Assembly: GCF_001194135.2 (NCBI RefSeq)
Contig: NC_068996.1
Span: forward strand, 50,143,779-50,193,191
Length of the DNA: 49,413 nucleotides
Direction of reading: 5' to 3'
Source of the DNA: Octopus bimaculoides
Taxonomy: Eukaryota
Shown here: piece after piece, positions 36,634 to 48,345 of the stretch
Position numbering within the stretch: the first letter of the stretch is position 1
Layout of the letters: each line of letters starts with the position of its first letter
Made by a program: the position numbers and the translations under genes
The notes under the pieces: generated by a model
What the model was told of the DNA's origin: nothing
Seen by the model: the letters and a program-made list of their open reading frames with translations, nothing else
The model's database searches: none

Positions 36634-37333
36634 CTGTGGTTCTCAACTGGGGTCCATATAAGATTTTGCTGTTAAAATTTGTGCAACAAATTGGTTATAC
36701 ATCTACAATGCACCAAATGTTTCAACAGTTTTTTTATACATCATCATCATCGTTTAATGTCCGCCTTCCATGGGTTGGACGATTTGACTAAGGACTAGCA
36801 AACCAGATGGCTGCACCAGGCTCCAATCTGATTTGGCAGACAATTCTTAATAGTATTTATACATTTACTGAAGTAACTTTTTCTTTTCTTTTTTTTATAC
36901 ATAATTTGGCCTAATTTCTAGTTGTATAGACAAAATCAGCTTATCCAATGCTGACCTAGACTAAGCAAATATTACAGCCTTGACTGTCCCATTTTTATGT
37001 TTGGGTTTGACAAATATTATTAGAAGTCAAAGAACTGTCCTCTTTCTTGTTACCTCTCTCTCAATCCACTCCATGGGGCAGTTGGTGTTAGGAAGGGCAT
37101 CCAACTGTAAAAGCCATGCCAAAACACACGGAAGCTTGGTGTAGTCTACTACTTGGCCGGCTCCTGTCAAACTGTCCAACCAATACCAGCATGGAAGGCA
37201 GACATTAAATGGTGATGATAATTTGATTATAAAAATGTATTATTTTTTAAAACATTGAATGGCTAGGAGGGTTTATCTAAGTAGAATAAGAATCAAAGGA
37301 GTTCCATGGGTAAACAGTGGTTGAGAAACACTG
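36634..37333. mobile_element. hAT (Charlie-like) MITE hosting two RTE-tail insertions (~36738-36840 minus, ~37075-37220 plus)
   Basis: TIRs CTGTGGTTCTCAAC / GTTGAGAAACACTG. The flanking 8-mers gtttaaac and gttgaacc match at 6/8, as expected of an old hAT TSD. Confidence 0.7.
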
Positions 37334-39045
37334 GTTGAACCTTTCAGTCTGTAAATCTAATGCTTTGAGATTTCATTGATGTGATTGTTTATTTTTAGAA
37401 TGACATTATAGTGTTGGTGAGAAATGCCAGATCTGGACTGTTTGAACTTCAGACTAGTAGAATATTGAGGCCAAATATGGCTGGTTTCAAATGTTAAATG
37501 GTTAAAACAAACTATCAATTTTTTATCATTTTTAATTACCTTTTAGTATTTGCTAGCAGAATGAAATATGGTTAACTTGGAAATATTTTTTCCTCTCATT
37601 TTGCCTTTCAATTCCTCCACCTTTGTTTCTTTTTTTTTTATGTTCAAACCAGCAAAATCTGGTCAGGTCCGACCTACAAGACAGTGTTTTCCTAAAACTA
37701 AATCACATCATCGAAATCTCAAAACTACATGATAATGCACGATTAGTTCAAAACAGCATGACTAAATAAGAGTTACATTTGACAGTAATCTGAATGATAA
37801 AGGGTTCAACAAGTGAATATGTTCTTGAACTCGTGCTTAGAAAGAATACAACAATAAATGCTAGTCTCATTGAAAAGGCCATCAATGCTTCAGTTATGTA
37901 AGTGAGGGGCACTTTGGAACATGTTAACTCATTTTGCCATCTCAAATGTTGCATATAACAAATGGCTAGTTAACATAGAACACCTAATTGACAAAACTGG
38001 TACTGTTACAATCTGGATTGATTGTATAGCTAGCTGAATATTTCAACATTTAAAAATATCAAGGACAGGTTTCTACATTAGTGCAGACAGACGTCATTTT
38101 TGAGAAAATTGAAGCATAGATAGTTGTCTGGATATAAGTGGGTTAGAGATTTGTCTCGGTGGAGAATAATATTTGTGGTTTGCATGTTAGGAATTAGTTG
38201 CAGGTGGCATAAAGAAAGGAATTAATTCCAGGTGGTACAAAAAGAAAAAAGGCCTAGTACATGCTGTAAAGTGGCTGGTGTCAGAAAGTGCATCCAGCTG
38301 AAGAATTAAGAAGTTCCAAGAAACAAATTACAGCAATTACTTGCTGTAATTTTTCATAGTAAAACTTCAATTTTTTCGCAATGCAATAATTAAGAGGATT
38401 TAAGAATAACACTTTCCCAGTGCAAAAGAGCTGAATTCATTCAAAGTTGGAGGCAAGTATTCCTTTTTTTTTCTTTTTTACTTGTTTCAGTCATTAGACT
38501 GCAGTCATTCTGGGGCACTGCCTTGAAGAATTTTTGGACATATGAATCAACTCCAGGATTTATTTTTTAAAGCCTGATACTTATTCCAACAGTAGAAACT
38601 GGAACATGATACAGTCCTGGATTCATTGGATCCTGTCAAACCGTTCACTCTATGCCAGAATAGAACATGAATGCTAAAGGATTCTGATGATGGTGATGAC
38701 AAAGAGCAAGAATAAACTTAGAGTTGATGGCTAACTACAAGAATAACTCACTGAAACTGAGTGACTTCAGGTAGCACCCCTCCCCTACAATTTGCCCTAA
38801 TTAGAAAGTCGCACTCGACATAATCTAGAGGTTGAGAGAGAGGATTATAGGGTTCTTGGTCTCGTTATGGTCTTGCAGCTGTTGGGGAATAATTTCCATT
38901 GGTTTCTCTCAGTAGCACTGCTTAAGGAAAAGTGTAGTAAAAGCTACAAGATGAGAAGTTTCTTTTCAAATTTCTAGCTTGCTAAGCATATAAAAATTTG
39001 GAGTTAGCCATTTCTCCTGAAATAGTCTATGATAGTGGGTCCCAA

Positions 39046-39520
39046 CATCATCATCATCATCATCATCATCGTTTAACGTCCGCTTTCCATGCTAGCATGG
39101 GTTAGACGATTTGACTGAGGACTGGTGAAACCAGATGGCAACACCAGGCTCCAATCTGATTTGGCAGAGTTTCTACAGCTGGATGCCCTTCCTAACGCCA
39201 ACCACTCAGAGTGTAGTGCGTGCTTTTACATGCCACTGGCATGAAGGCCAGTCAGGCGGTACTGGCAACGGCCACGCTCAAAATGGTGTATTTTATGTGC
39301 CACCCGCACAAGAGCCAGTCCAGGGGCACTGGCAACGATCTCGCTCAAAAATCCTTACACATGTCAGGGGTACAAGTGCCAGAAAGGCAACGATCTCGCT
39401 CGAAAATCCTTACACATGTCAGGGGTACAAGTGCCAGAAAGGCAACGCTGGGCACAGGTGCTATACCAATTTTGCTTTCGCTTGCCCCAATAAGTCTTCG
39501 CAAGCTGAGTTTCGTGTCCA
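39046..39520 (-). mobile_element. Young RTE 3' fragment with an internal 55-bp tandem duplication
   Basis: (ATC)n + gtttaacgtccgctttccatgctagcatggg..., nearly identical to 49252-49413. The unit starting ggcaacgatctcgct occurs at 39331 and 39386. Confidence 0.9.
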
Positions 39521-39554
39521 ATGAAGGAGACAACCTGTATGATATTCAGGCCAG

Positions 39555-39702
39555 ATCCAAAACCTGGATTTTTTTAGGGGGCCACATGGAGAAAAGTAAA
39601 ACAAGCCAAAAATATGTTTATAGAGGGGAAATTGTTGGAGGCCACCAAAAGGATGTTTAAGGGTCACATGCAGACCTGTGAGTCATTTGAGAACCTCTGG
39701 TC
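39555..39702 (-). mobile_element. hAT (Charlie-like) element end, same family as 3578-3745
   Basis: The reverse complement starts CCAGAGGTTCTCAA and aligns to 3578-3745. Confidence 0.6.
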
Positions 39703-39751
39703 TCTGGACACTCTTATAGATTTTATTCTTCATTGGTTTTCTTTTATTCTT

Positions 39752-40153
39752 TTACTCTTTTACTTGTTTCAGTCATTTGACTGCAGCCATGCTGGAGCAC
39801 CGCCTTTAGTCAAGCAAATCAACCCCAAGACATATTCTTTGTAAGCCTAGTACTTTTTCTATTAGTCTCTTTTGCCGAACCATTAAGTTACAGGGACGTA
39901 AACACACCAGCATTGATTGTCAAGCGATGTTGGGGGTACAGACACAGACACACAAACACACTCACACACACATACATATATATATATATGACGGGCTTCT
40001 TTCAGTTTCTGTCTACCAAATCCATTTGCAAGGCTTTGGTCGTCCTGAGACTATAGTAGAAGACACTTGCCCAAGGTGCCATGCAGTGGGACTGAACCGG
40101 GAACCATGTGGTTGGTAAGCAAGCTACTTACCACACAGCCACTCCTGCGCCTA
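39752..40153 (-). mobile_element. CORE-like SINE, full length
   Basis: Near-exact reverse complement of 1510-1911, including the A/B boxes and the internal microsatellite. Confidence 0.9.
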
Positions 40154-42307
40154 TATTTGTTTACTTACATTTCAGAATGACTAAATTATTACATACAGTG
40201 GTTTATTATTTGCAGTGCAGTGTAATAGTCTGGGAAATTCCTCCATGTATCTTGTTCATTTAGCTCAAGATCATTCTTGATGATCAAAAACGTCCCATCC
40301 ATATAACCTTTCATTTATAACGTCTTTTTTAGCACTATATTATCAAATGTGTTTTTCCTTATGAAAGGGATAGATTTGGCGGCTATTTTCAGCAGTTCAT
40401 GTGACCCCACAGAAGCGTCCTTGCTGACTTGTAGGATACCAGAAATGGCTAAGTACAACAACACAGAGCTCACAGTGAAATAAATAATATTGAAGACATC
40501 AAGTGTTGGATACTGGAAATATGAATGTACCAACTCCAATTTAAACCATAGATCCTTGGTATGACATAGGTATAAAAAGTAAATACGTAGGGCATCTAAA
40601 AGTTTACGACAGCTGTTTCGGGAAACTTTTATTTAATTTAGTACAGTCATAAACGAGTACATCTTTTGTAATCTTTTATGATTGCATTAAATAAATAAAA
40701 TTCTACTGAAACAGCTGTCATAAATTTTAAACACCATTTGTGTTTGTTTACTTTATATATAAAGTAAACTACTCTATATTTATACTTTTACCTTTACAGT
40801 GCTTTATTTGACTGGAAAGTAATACTATTGTATTGCAATATTTAATAGTATTTTCATTGAAAACTTTTTCACAATTATCGGTCTTGTTAACAGTTAGGCG
40901 TTCAGGCGAGTTTACTGGCATTGATGTGGCAACATTTGAAATATTATCTAGGTAAATCTAGGTGAGGAGGACTAATCAAATTTACGACAACAAATGTATT
41001 TTAACGAGTTTGAAACCTATGTACTAGATTAACCATTTATCTAATGTTCTTCCTAGAGGTAAGATGAATTTTTTTTATGATCGCTGCCTGCACACATCTA
41101 AGCCGGAATATATACATTGAAGCTTTACTATAGCATCATAAAACTATCAACTGTTATTTCCAGTAAGCATTGGTGCCTTGTTGTACCACTATTCTATATT
41201 GATATATATATATATATATATATTTATACATACATGCACCTGATATCTTGCCTCTAATCACATGCACACATGTATACCATGACTCATACACTGTTCCCTT
41301 TCCTGACTTTTGTACATAATTCTATGCACTGTACATACACCTCTGATAAGTTGTAGTGCAACTGAGCACTATACACAATAATTTCATTAATTATTATTGA
41401 GTGAGAGAGCAGTGCATGCCATCAAAGTGACACTGGGGTAAAATATACGGAGCCCAGTATACCCATCATGACTACCCGTCTGATAAGGGTACACCAGGCA
41501 CATGCATCACAACCATATGTGCATNNNNNNNNNNNNNNNNNNNNNNNNNNNNNNNNNNNNNNNNNNNNNNNNNNNNNNNNNNNNNNNNNNNNNNNNNNNN
41601 NNNNNNNNNNNNNNNNNNNNNNNNNNNNNNNNNNNNNNNNNNNNNNNNNNNNNNNNNNNNNNNNNNNNNNNNNNNNNNNNNNNNNNNNNNNNNNNNNNNN
41701 NNNNNNNNNNNNNNNNNNNNNNNNNNNNNNNNNNNNNNNNNNNNNNNNNNNNNNNNNNNNNNNNNNNNNNNNNNNNNNNNNNNNNNNNNNNNNNNNNNNN
41801 NNNNNNNNNNNNNNNNNNNNNNNNNNNNNNNNNNNNNNNNNNNNNNNNNNNNNNNNNNNNNNNNNNNNNNNNNNNNNNNNNNNNNNNNNNNNNNNNNNNN
41901 NNNNNNNNNNNNNNNNNNNNNNNNNNNNNNNNNNNNNNNNNNNNNNNNNNNNNNNNNNNNNNNNNNNNNNNNNNNNNNNNNNNNNNNNNNNNNNNNNNNN
42001 NNNNNNNNNNNNNNNNNNNNNNNNNNNNNNNNNNNNNNNNNNNNNNNNNNNNNNNNNNNNNNNNNNNNNNNNNNNNNNNNNNNNNNNNNNNNNNNNNNNN
42101 NNNNNNNNNNNNNNNNNNNNNNNNNNNNNNNNNNNNNNNNNNNNNNNNNNNNNNNNNNNNNNNNNNNNNNNNNNNNNNNNNNNNNNNNNNNNNNNNNNNN
42201 NNNNNNNNNNNNNNNNNNNNNNNNNNNNNNNNNNNNNNNNNNNNNNNNNNNNNNNNNNNNNNNNNNNNNNNNNNNNNNNNNNNNNNNNNNNNNNNNNNNN
42301 NNNNNNN

Positions 42308-42418
42308 ACATCATTCAGGAATAAATATAACATCAGAAAAAATACATTCGCCATGAACGGTTTGTGTTTTTAAACCGAATGTATTTTTTCTGATGTTATA
42401 TTTATTCCTGAATGATGT
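42308..42418. repeat. Perfect 43-bp inverted repeat with a 25-nt spacer, abutting an N-gap
   Basis: 42308-42350 is the exact reverse complement of 42376-42418. Confidence 0.9.
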
Positions 42419-42734
42419 GTAAAGAAATTTTGATTTATTAAGTCTCTTAATGAATTCTTTATACTGAAATATATATTGAAGAAGATAAATATGTTCATTT
42501 GAATATATACGTTTTTGCGTCGTAACTCCTTTATTATTATTAATATAACCAAAAGGATCGATTCTTGAAGAGTCCGCATACCTTCACTGTCGATTTTTTC
42601 TGCTATTTTGGTGATGATTTTTTGAGTTAGCTTACCAATTATTTTTGTTGGTAGTTAATTTATAATATATTGATATATATAATGGATAATAAAATGATAT
42701 ATTCCATCTTTTATCTTTCATTTGCCATATATAT

Positions 42735-43250
42735 ATCATCATCATCACCATCATTTAACGTCCGTTTTCGATGCTGGCTTGGGTTGGATGGTTCAACTGG
42801 GGTCTGGGAAGCTAGGAGGCTGCACAAGGCTCCAGTCTGATCTGGGAGTGTTTCTACAGCTGGATGCCCTTCCCAACGCTAACCACTCCAAGAGTGTAGA
42901 GGGTGCTTTTTTTATGTGCCACCAGCACAGGGGCCAGAGGGGGCTAGCATTGACCACAATCAGATGGGGCTTTTTACGTGCCACCAGCACGGGAGCCAGT
43001 CATGGCAGCGCTGGCATCAGCTACGTTCAGATGGTGCTTTTTACGTGCCACTGGCATGGGGACCACAACTACAATTTCCATTTGATTTGATTTGATTTTG
43101 ATTTTGATGTTGATGTACTTGACTCAATAGGTCTCCTGAAGCACAGCATGTCACTCTATGATCCAAGGTACTTTTGAGTGGGCTGGTTATGCAACACTGG
43201 TGTAGTTTACAGCTGTGAACTCACTTTATTTGCCGGGTCTTCTCAGTCAC
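42735..43250 (-). mobile_element. RTE 3' fragment including the ORF end and 3'UTR
   Basis: Minus strand reads ...VTEKTRQIK*, followed by the 3'UTR with ggcacgtaaaaagcacc sub-repeats and a (GAT)n tail. Confidence 0.75.
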
Positions 43251-43481
43251 AGGTCTTGGTCTAATTCCACCTGGAACAAGCAGGAATGGAAAAGTGAATG
43301 TTTGACAACAACAATGACAATGACAGTAACATTTACATGCACACATAGACACAGATACATACATTGATACATACACAATGTGTAGATACACACACATACA
43401 TTTGCACATACCTACACACATACATACATACACACACATGCATGTGTGCATGTACATACATACATATTAAATAAATATGAA

Positions 43482-45425
43482 GAGGCATGGCTGTGTGGTA
43501 TGAAGCTTGCTTCCCAACCACATAGTTAAAGGGCCAACCAAGGCCTTATGACTGGATTTGGTAGGTGGAAACTAAAAGAAGCCCATCATATATATATATA
43601 TATATATATGTATGTATCCCTTATCTGGTGGTCAATGAGGAAACTAGGGATAGAAGAATGGTTAGTGAGAGCTGTGCAAGCCATGTACAGAGACGCAAGC
43701 TATCAGTAAGGTGAGGGTTGGCAACGAGTACAGTGAAGAATTCCGGGTAGAGATAGGAGTCCACCAAGGTTCAGTCCTCAGTCCCCTCCTATTTATCATA
43801 GTCCTCCAGGCTATAACAGAGGAATTCAAGACAGGATGCTCCTGGGAGCTCCTTTATGCTGATGACCTTGCACTAATTGCTGAGTCACTATCAGAACTAG
43901 AAGAGAAGTTTCAGCTGTGGAAGCAAGGACTAGAATCGAAGGGCCTTAGAGTCAACCTAGCTAAAACCAAAGTCCTAATAAGTAGGAAAGCAGACAAAAC
44001 ACAAGCCCCTTCGGGTAGATGGCTCTGCTCGATCTGTAGCAAAGGCGTAGGTAGAAACTCTATAAGATGTACCAAGTGCAAGCTATGGACATATAAGAGG
44101 TGCAGCAATATCAAAGGAAGGCTAACTAGGAAGTTAGTTTTTGTATGTGGTAGATGTTCAGGAGCTATAAACACTGAAAATGTGCAGAGAACAACTTCTG
44201 CCACATTCCAGGGAGAAAAACTAGACGTAGTTGATAGCTTCCGCTATCTAGGTGACCAAGTTAGTTGTGGGGGAAGGTGCGCTGAAAGTGTAGCTGCTAG
44301 AATAAGAATAGCCTGGGCAAAGTTCAGAGAGCTCTTACCTCTGCTGGTGACAAGGGGCCTCTCACTCAGAGTAAAAGGCAGACTGTACGACGCATGTGTA
44401 CGAACAGCCATGCTACATGGCAGTGAAACATGGGCTNNNNNNNNNNNNNNNNNNNNNNNNNNNNNNNNNNNNNNNNNNNNNNNNNNNNNNNNNNNNNNNN
44501 NNNNNNNNNNNNNNNNNNNNNNNNNNNNNNNNNNNNNNNNNNNNNNNNNNNNNNNNNNNNNNNNNNNNNNNNNNNNNNNNNNNNNNNNNNNNNNNNNNNN
44601 NNNNNNNNNNNNNNNNNNNNNNNNNNNNNNNNNNNNNNNNNNNNNNNNNNNNNNNNNNNNNNNNNNNNNNNNNNNNNNNNNNNNNNNNNNNNNNNNNNNN
44701 NNNNNNNNNNNNNNNNNNNNNNNNNNNNNNNNNNNNNNNNNNNNNNNNNNNNNNNNNNNNNNNNNNNNNNNNNNNNNNNNNNNNNNNNNNNNNNNNNNNN
44801 NNNNNNNNNNNNNNNNNNNNNNNNNNNNNNNNNNNNNNNNNNNNNNNNNNNNNNNNNNNNNNNNNNNNNNNNNNNGGCACTTGTGCTGGTGGCACATGTA
44901 AAGACATTCGAGTGAGATCGTTGCCAGTGCCCCTGGACTGGCTCCTGTGCAGGTGGCATGTAAAATACACCATTTTGAGCATGGCCGTTGCCAGTACCGC
45001 CTGACTGGCCTTTGCGCCAGTGGCACATAAAAGCACCCACTACACTCTCTGAGTGGTTGGCGTTAGGAAGGGCATCCAGCTGTAGAAACTCTGCCAAATC
45101 AGATTGGAGCCTGGTGTAGCCATCTGGTCTCACTAGTCCTCAGTCAAATCGTCCAACCCATGCTAGCATGGAAAGCGGACGTTAAACGATGATGATGATG
45201 ATGATATATATATGTATATCTTTGTGTGTCTGTATTTGTCCTCCCACCATCGCTCCACAACTGATGTTGGTGTGTTTACGTCCCCATTACTTAGCAGTTC
45301 AGAAAAAGAAACTGATAGAATAAGTACTAGGCTTACAAAGAATAAGTCCTGCTGTTGATTTGTTCAACTAAAGGCGGTGCTCCAGCATAGCTGCAGTCAC
45401 ATGACTGGAACAAGTTAAAAAATAA
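43482..45425 (+). mobile_element. CORE-like SINE split in two (43482-43613 and 45204-45425) by an RTE insertion
   Basis: The tRNA head and CORE block precede the LINE, and the SINE 3' half (ccaccatcgct...gatagaataagtactaggc...) resumes right after it. Confidence 0.8.
43614..45203 (+). mobile_element. 5'-truncated RTE-clade LINE (RT ORF 43711-44436, then an N-gap, then the 3'UTR and (GAT)n tail)
   Basis: GVHQGSVLSPLLF, YADD (43855-43866), VNLAKTKVL, FRYLG and LHGSETW motifs are present. A frameshift lies near 43700. The 14-bp TSD is atatatatatgtat. Confidence 0.93.
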
Positions 45426-46066
45426 AAGGATGCTTTAGAAACCGCTAGAATTATGTTCTTTTAATAATGGCCTAAGCATTCGCATTGTTGGAAACCCTTC
45501 TGTATCTTCAGCTGGTATCTTCTTAGGGACACAAGTGTTTTGTTGTCTGCAAAATGGAATCCATAAGCAAGTCCTTATCAACTATAACTACTTTGAGCCA
45601 GTCTCAGCTGTCATGGCTGTTTCCCTCGCAATTTTCCAGTTTTTTCCTCGTATAAGGCATCTTAGCATGGCCAATAAATAACCTGAACCACAATTTTTAT
45701 ATTTTGGATTGCAATTCTTTCAGGATGTTCCTTGTTTGATTAATATATTGTCTGTCTGCAGAGTCAAAAAGCTTATTTTTTCAACCCATGGGCTTCAGAC
45801 TTCAATTCCACTGCATGGTACCTTGATTGGTCTCGGCTGACCAAAGCCTTATAAGTGGATTTGGTAATCAGTAACAAAAGAAACTCATTGTATGTATGTA
45901 TGTATGTATGAATGTATGTATGTAGGTATGTATGTATGCATCTATCTATCTATCTATCTATCTGTCNNNNNNNNNNNNNNNNNNNNNNNNNNNNNNNNNN
46001 NNNNNNNNNNNNNNNNNNNNNNNNNNNNNNNNNNNNNNNNNNNNNNNNNNNNNNNNNNNNNNNNNN

Positions 46067-46873
46067 TAACCCTAACCCTAACCCTAACCCTAACCCTGAA
46101 CCTAACCCTAACCCTATCCCTAACCTAGGATTTAGGGCTAGGGTTAGGGATAGGGATAGGGTTAGGGATAGGGTTAGGGTTAGGGTTAGGGATAGGGTTA
46201 GGGTTAGGGATAAGGTTAGGGTTATGGTTAGGGATAGGGTTAGGTTTAGGGATTGAGTTAGGGTTAGGGTTAGGGATAGGGATAGGGTTAGGGATAGGGT
46301 CAGGGATAGGGTTAGAGTTAGGGTTAGGGTTAGGGATAGGGTTAGGGTTAGGGATAGGGTCAGGGATAGGGTTAGAGTTAGGGTTAGGGTTAGGGATAGG
46401 GTTAGGGTTAGGGATAGNNNNNNNNNNNNNNNNNNNNNNNNNNNNNNNNNNNNNNNNNNNNNNNNNNNNNNNNNNNNNNNNNNNNNNNNNNNNNNNNNNN
46501 NNNNNNNNNNNNNNNNNNNNNNNNNNNNNNNNNNNNNNNNNNNNNNNNNNNNNNNNNNNNNNNNNNNNNNNNNNNNNNNNNNNNNNNNNNNNNNNNNNNN
46601 NNNNNNNNNNNNNNNNNNNNNNNNNNNNNNNNNNNNNNNNNNNNNNNNNNNNNNNNNNNNNNNNNNNNNNNNNNNNNNNNNNNNNNNNNNNNNNNNNNNN
46701 NNNNNNNNNNNNNNNNNNNNNNNNNNNNGGTTGTGGTTAGGGATAGGGTTAGGTTTAGGGTTAGGGTTAGGGATAGGCATAGGGTTAGGGTTAGGGTTAG
46801 GGATAGGGGTTGTGTTAGGGTTAGGAATAGGGATAGGGTTAGGGTTAGGGTTAGGGATAGGGTTAGGGTTAGG
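46067..46873. repeat. Interstitial telomere-like array: (CCCTAA)n inverting to (TTAGGG/ATAGGG)n, with an internal N-gap at 46418-46728
   Basis: Directly visible. The strand switch is at CCTAGG 46124-46129, and a near-identical 60-bp higher-order block occurs at 46261 and 46321. Confidence 0.92.
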
Positions 46874-47424
46874 ATTGACCACTCACGACTAGCTAGCGCG
46901 GACGCGCGACTGCGCGTTCGGGACCATGCTGCTTTAGTTGTACCGAATGTGTGTGAGTATTTTTGTGTGTGTGTTGTCAGGGTTTAACGCAAAAAAAAAA
47001 AGCAGGGAGGAGACATATGACAGCTGCTCATAGAAAAAAAAAAAACCTATGAAACCAATGAGTGTCCTGTCTTCTGGAGCAGGTGCCTTTTCTCTGTTCC
47101 TCATCTCTGATTACAGGTGTATGCTCAGGGCAGATCCTTTCGCTCATACCATTCTCGCCACTTTTATACACCCTTCAGTAAACTGACTTAGAACACAGCA
47201 CTTCCCTCTTCACTCTCCTTTTCTAGTGAAACTTGAAGAAGTTCGATCAGGAATTGGCTAAAGAAGAAAGTGTTTGCCTTCAGCACCTTCACTCTTGTTC
47301 ACCATTCCACCTCTTGTGCCATGGCCATTAGGTATATAAATGCTGCCTGCCCTTTCTGATTATAAGAAGGCTGTGAGGTGTGATTTCATGATGGATTCAG
47401 TTGATAACTGGATTCATCCCACAT

Positions 47425-47565
47425 GCAACAGCAAGTTTCAAGATGACGTGTCATTGGATGCTTGTTCAGTTCGTGTGGTACTCACTTGTCCAATTCCTTT
47501 ACCTTGCTTATTTGTGTCAGATGGTCCAATACAGTTGGAATTGAAACATCAAGCCTTGCTGCTAA
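47425..47565 (-). pseudogene. mariner transposase fragment
   Basis: Minus strand reads LAARLDVSIPTVLDHLTQISKVKELDK*VPHELNKHPMTRHLETC, i.e. WVPHEL with W changed to TGA. Confidence 0.8.
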
Positions 47566-47679
47566 CCAGTAGTGGATGTTGGAGCCCTGAAGTTTAAAAT
47601 GTTATGGGGCCCCCTTTACAACCAGCAACAGTAAGGTAACATTCAACAAAGGTCAAAGAATTTTCATGGCCTTGCTAGA

Positions 47680-47870
47680 AACTCCAGCTTGAGGCCCTAA
47701 TAGCCCAAATGGTGGAGTTGTGATGTGGAGTCCTTGAAAATGAGTCTGAAAGTGAACCCTCTTTCTACCAGAAACGAGGTGTGGGTAATCCCCGATATCT
47801 TTGTTGATGTGGTTGTTCCATGGCAGATCACTACAAATATTTTCTAGGCTATGCCTTATACTTTTAGAGT
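47680..47870 (-). pseudogene. Degenerate CR1/L2-like LINE fragment
   Basis: SDLPWNNHINK (like KYLG..SDLxWNxHI) and, further on, a frameshifted RPxLEY-like segment. Confidence 0.4.
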
Positions 47871-47949
47871 TACAGGGGTTGAAACTTAGGGAAGTGTTAT
47901 ATATATGCACGATGCATCATTAAGATACATATAAAAATTACAAAATACT

Positions 47950-48345
47950 CTTTTTTCTGTTTTTTGTAGCGACAGTTTTGTCATATGACAGCTTCTTTGC
48001 AATGTCATTTCCTAGAGACAATATGCATGAGGAATTTAAGCATTGTTCAGTCATGGTAGACCAAAATTTATTCTTTATAAAGGAAAGCTTTGAGGAAAGT
48101 TTCTGCTTCACAGCTCATGATAGGCATTGTGAAGTACAGCTTATGCACAGTGGTAATATTAGGGGACACTTCAATTAATTGTTGCTCATAAATAAGCTGA
48201 AGAACTGTGCATTGCATTTTAAATGGTATGCTTTCTTCTGTGTTACGGGATTTCCTAAGGTGTAACTGATGACACTCATTTATTCATTTGTGGTTAATAT
48301 CGTCTTTGTAATGCGATATTATAAGTTTGATACTGTTCTCATCAA
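47950..48345 (-). pseudogene. hAT transposase C-terminal dimerisation-domain fragment
   Basis: Minus strand reads LLQLIYEQQLIEVSPNITTVHKLYFTMPIMSCEAE / FSKLSFIKNKFWSTMTEQCLNSSCILSLGNDIAKKLSYD, like the FPN..TxPVTSxxxERSFSxLxxIKNxLRSTM motif. Confidence 0.8.

Noticed and set aside
41340-41385. ctgataag-ttgtagtgcaac as a hammerhead
   Set aside because: Both core halves deviate from consensus and stem I cannot be formed.
42420-42600. AT-rich stretch as a mitochondrial or viral insertion
   Set aside because: No recognisable gene motif.
47871-47881. TACAGGGGTTG as the left TIR of the Tc1 element
   Set aside because: It matches only 11 nt of the ~30-bp TIR and is separated from the transposase by unrelated hAT sequence; probably chance or a remnant.
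47340-48178. ORFs 47340-47597 and 47978-48178 as a second host protein gene
   Set aside because: The opposite strands are mariner and hAT transposase relics, and the peptides resemble no family I recognise.
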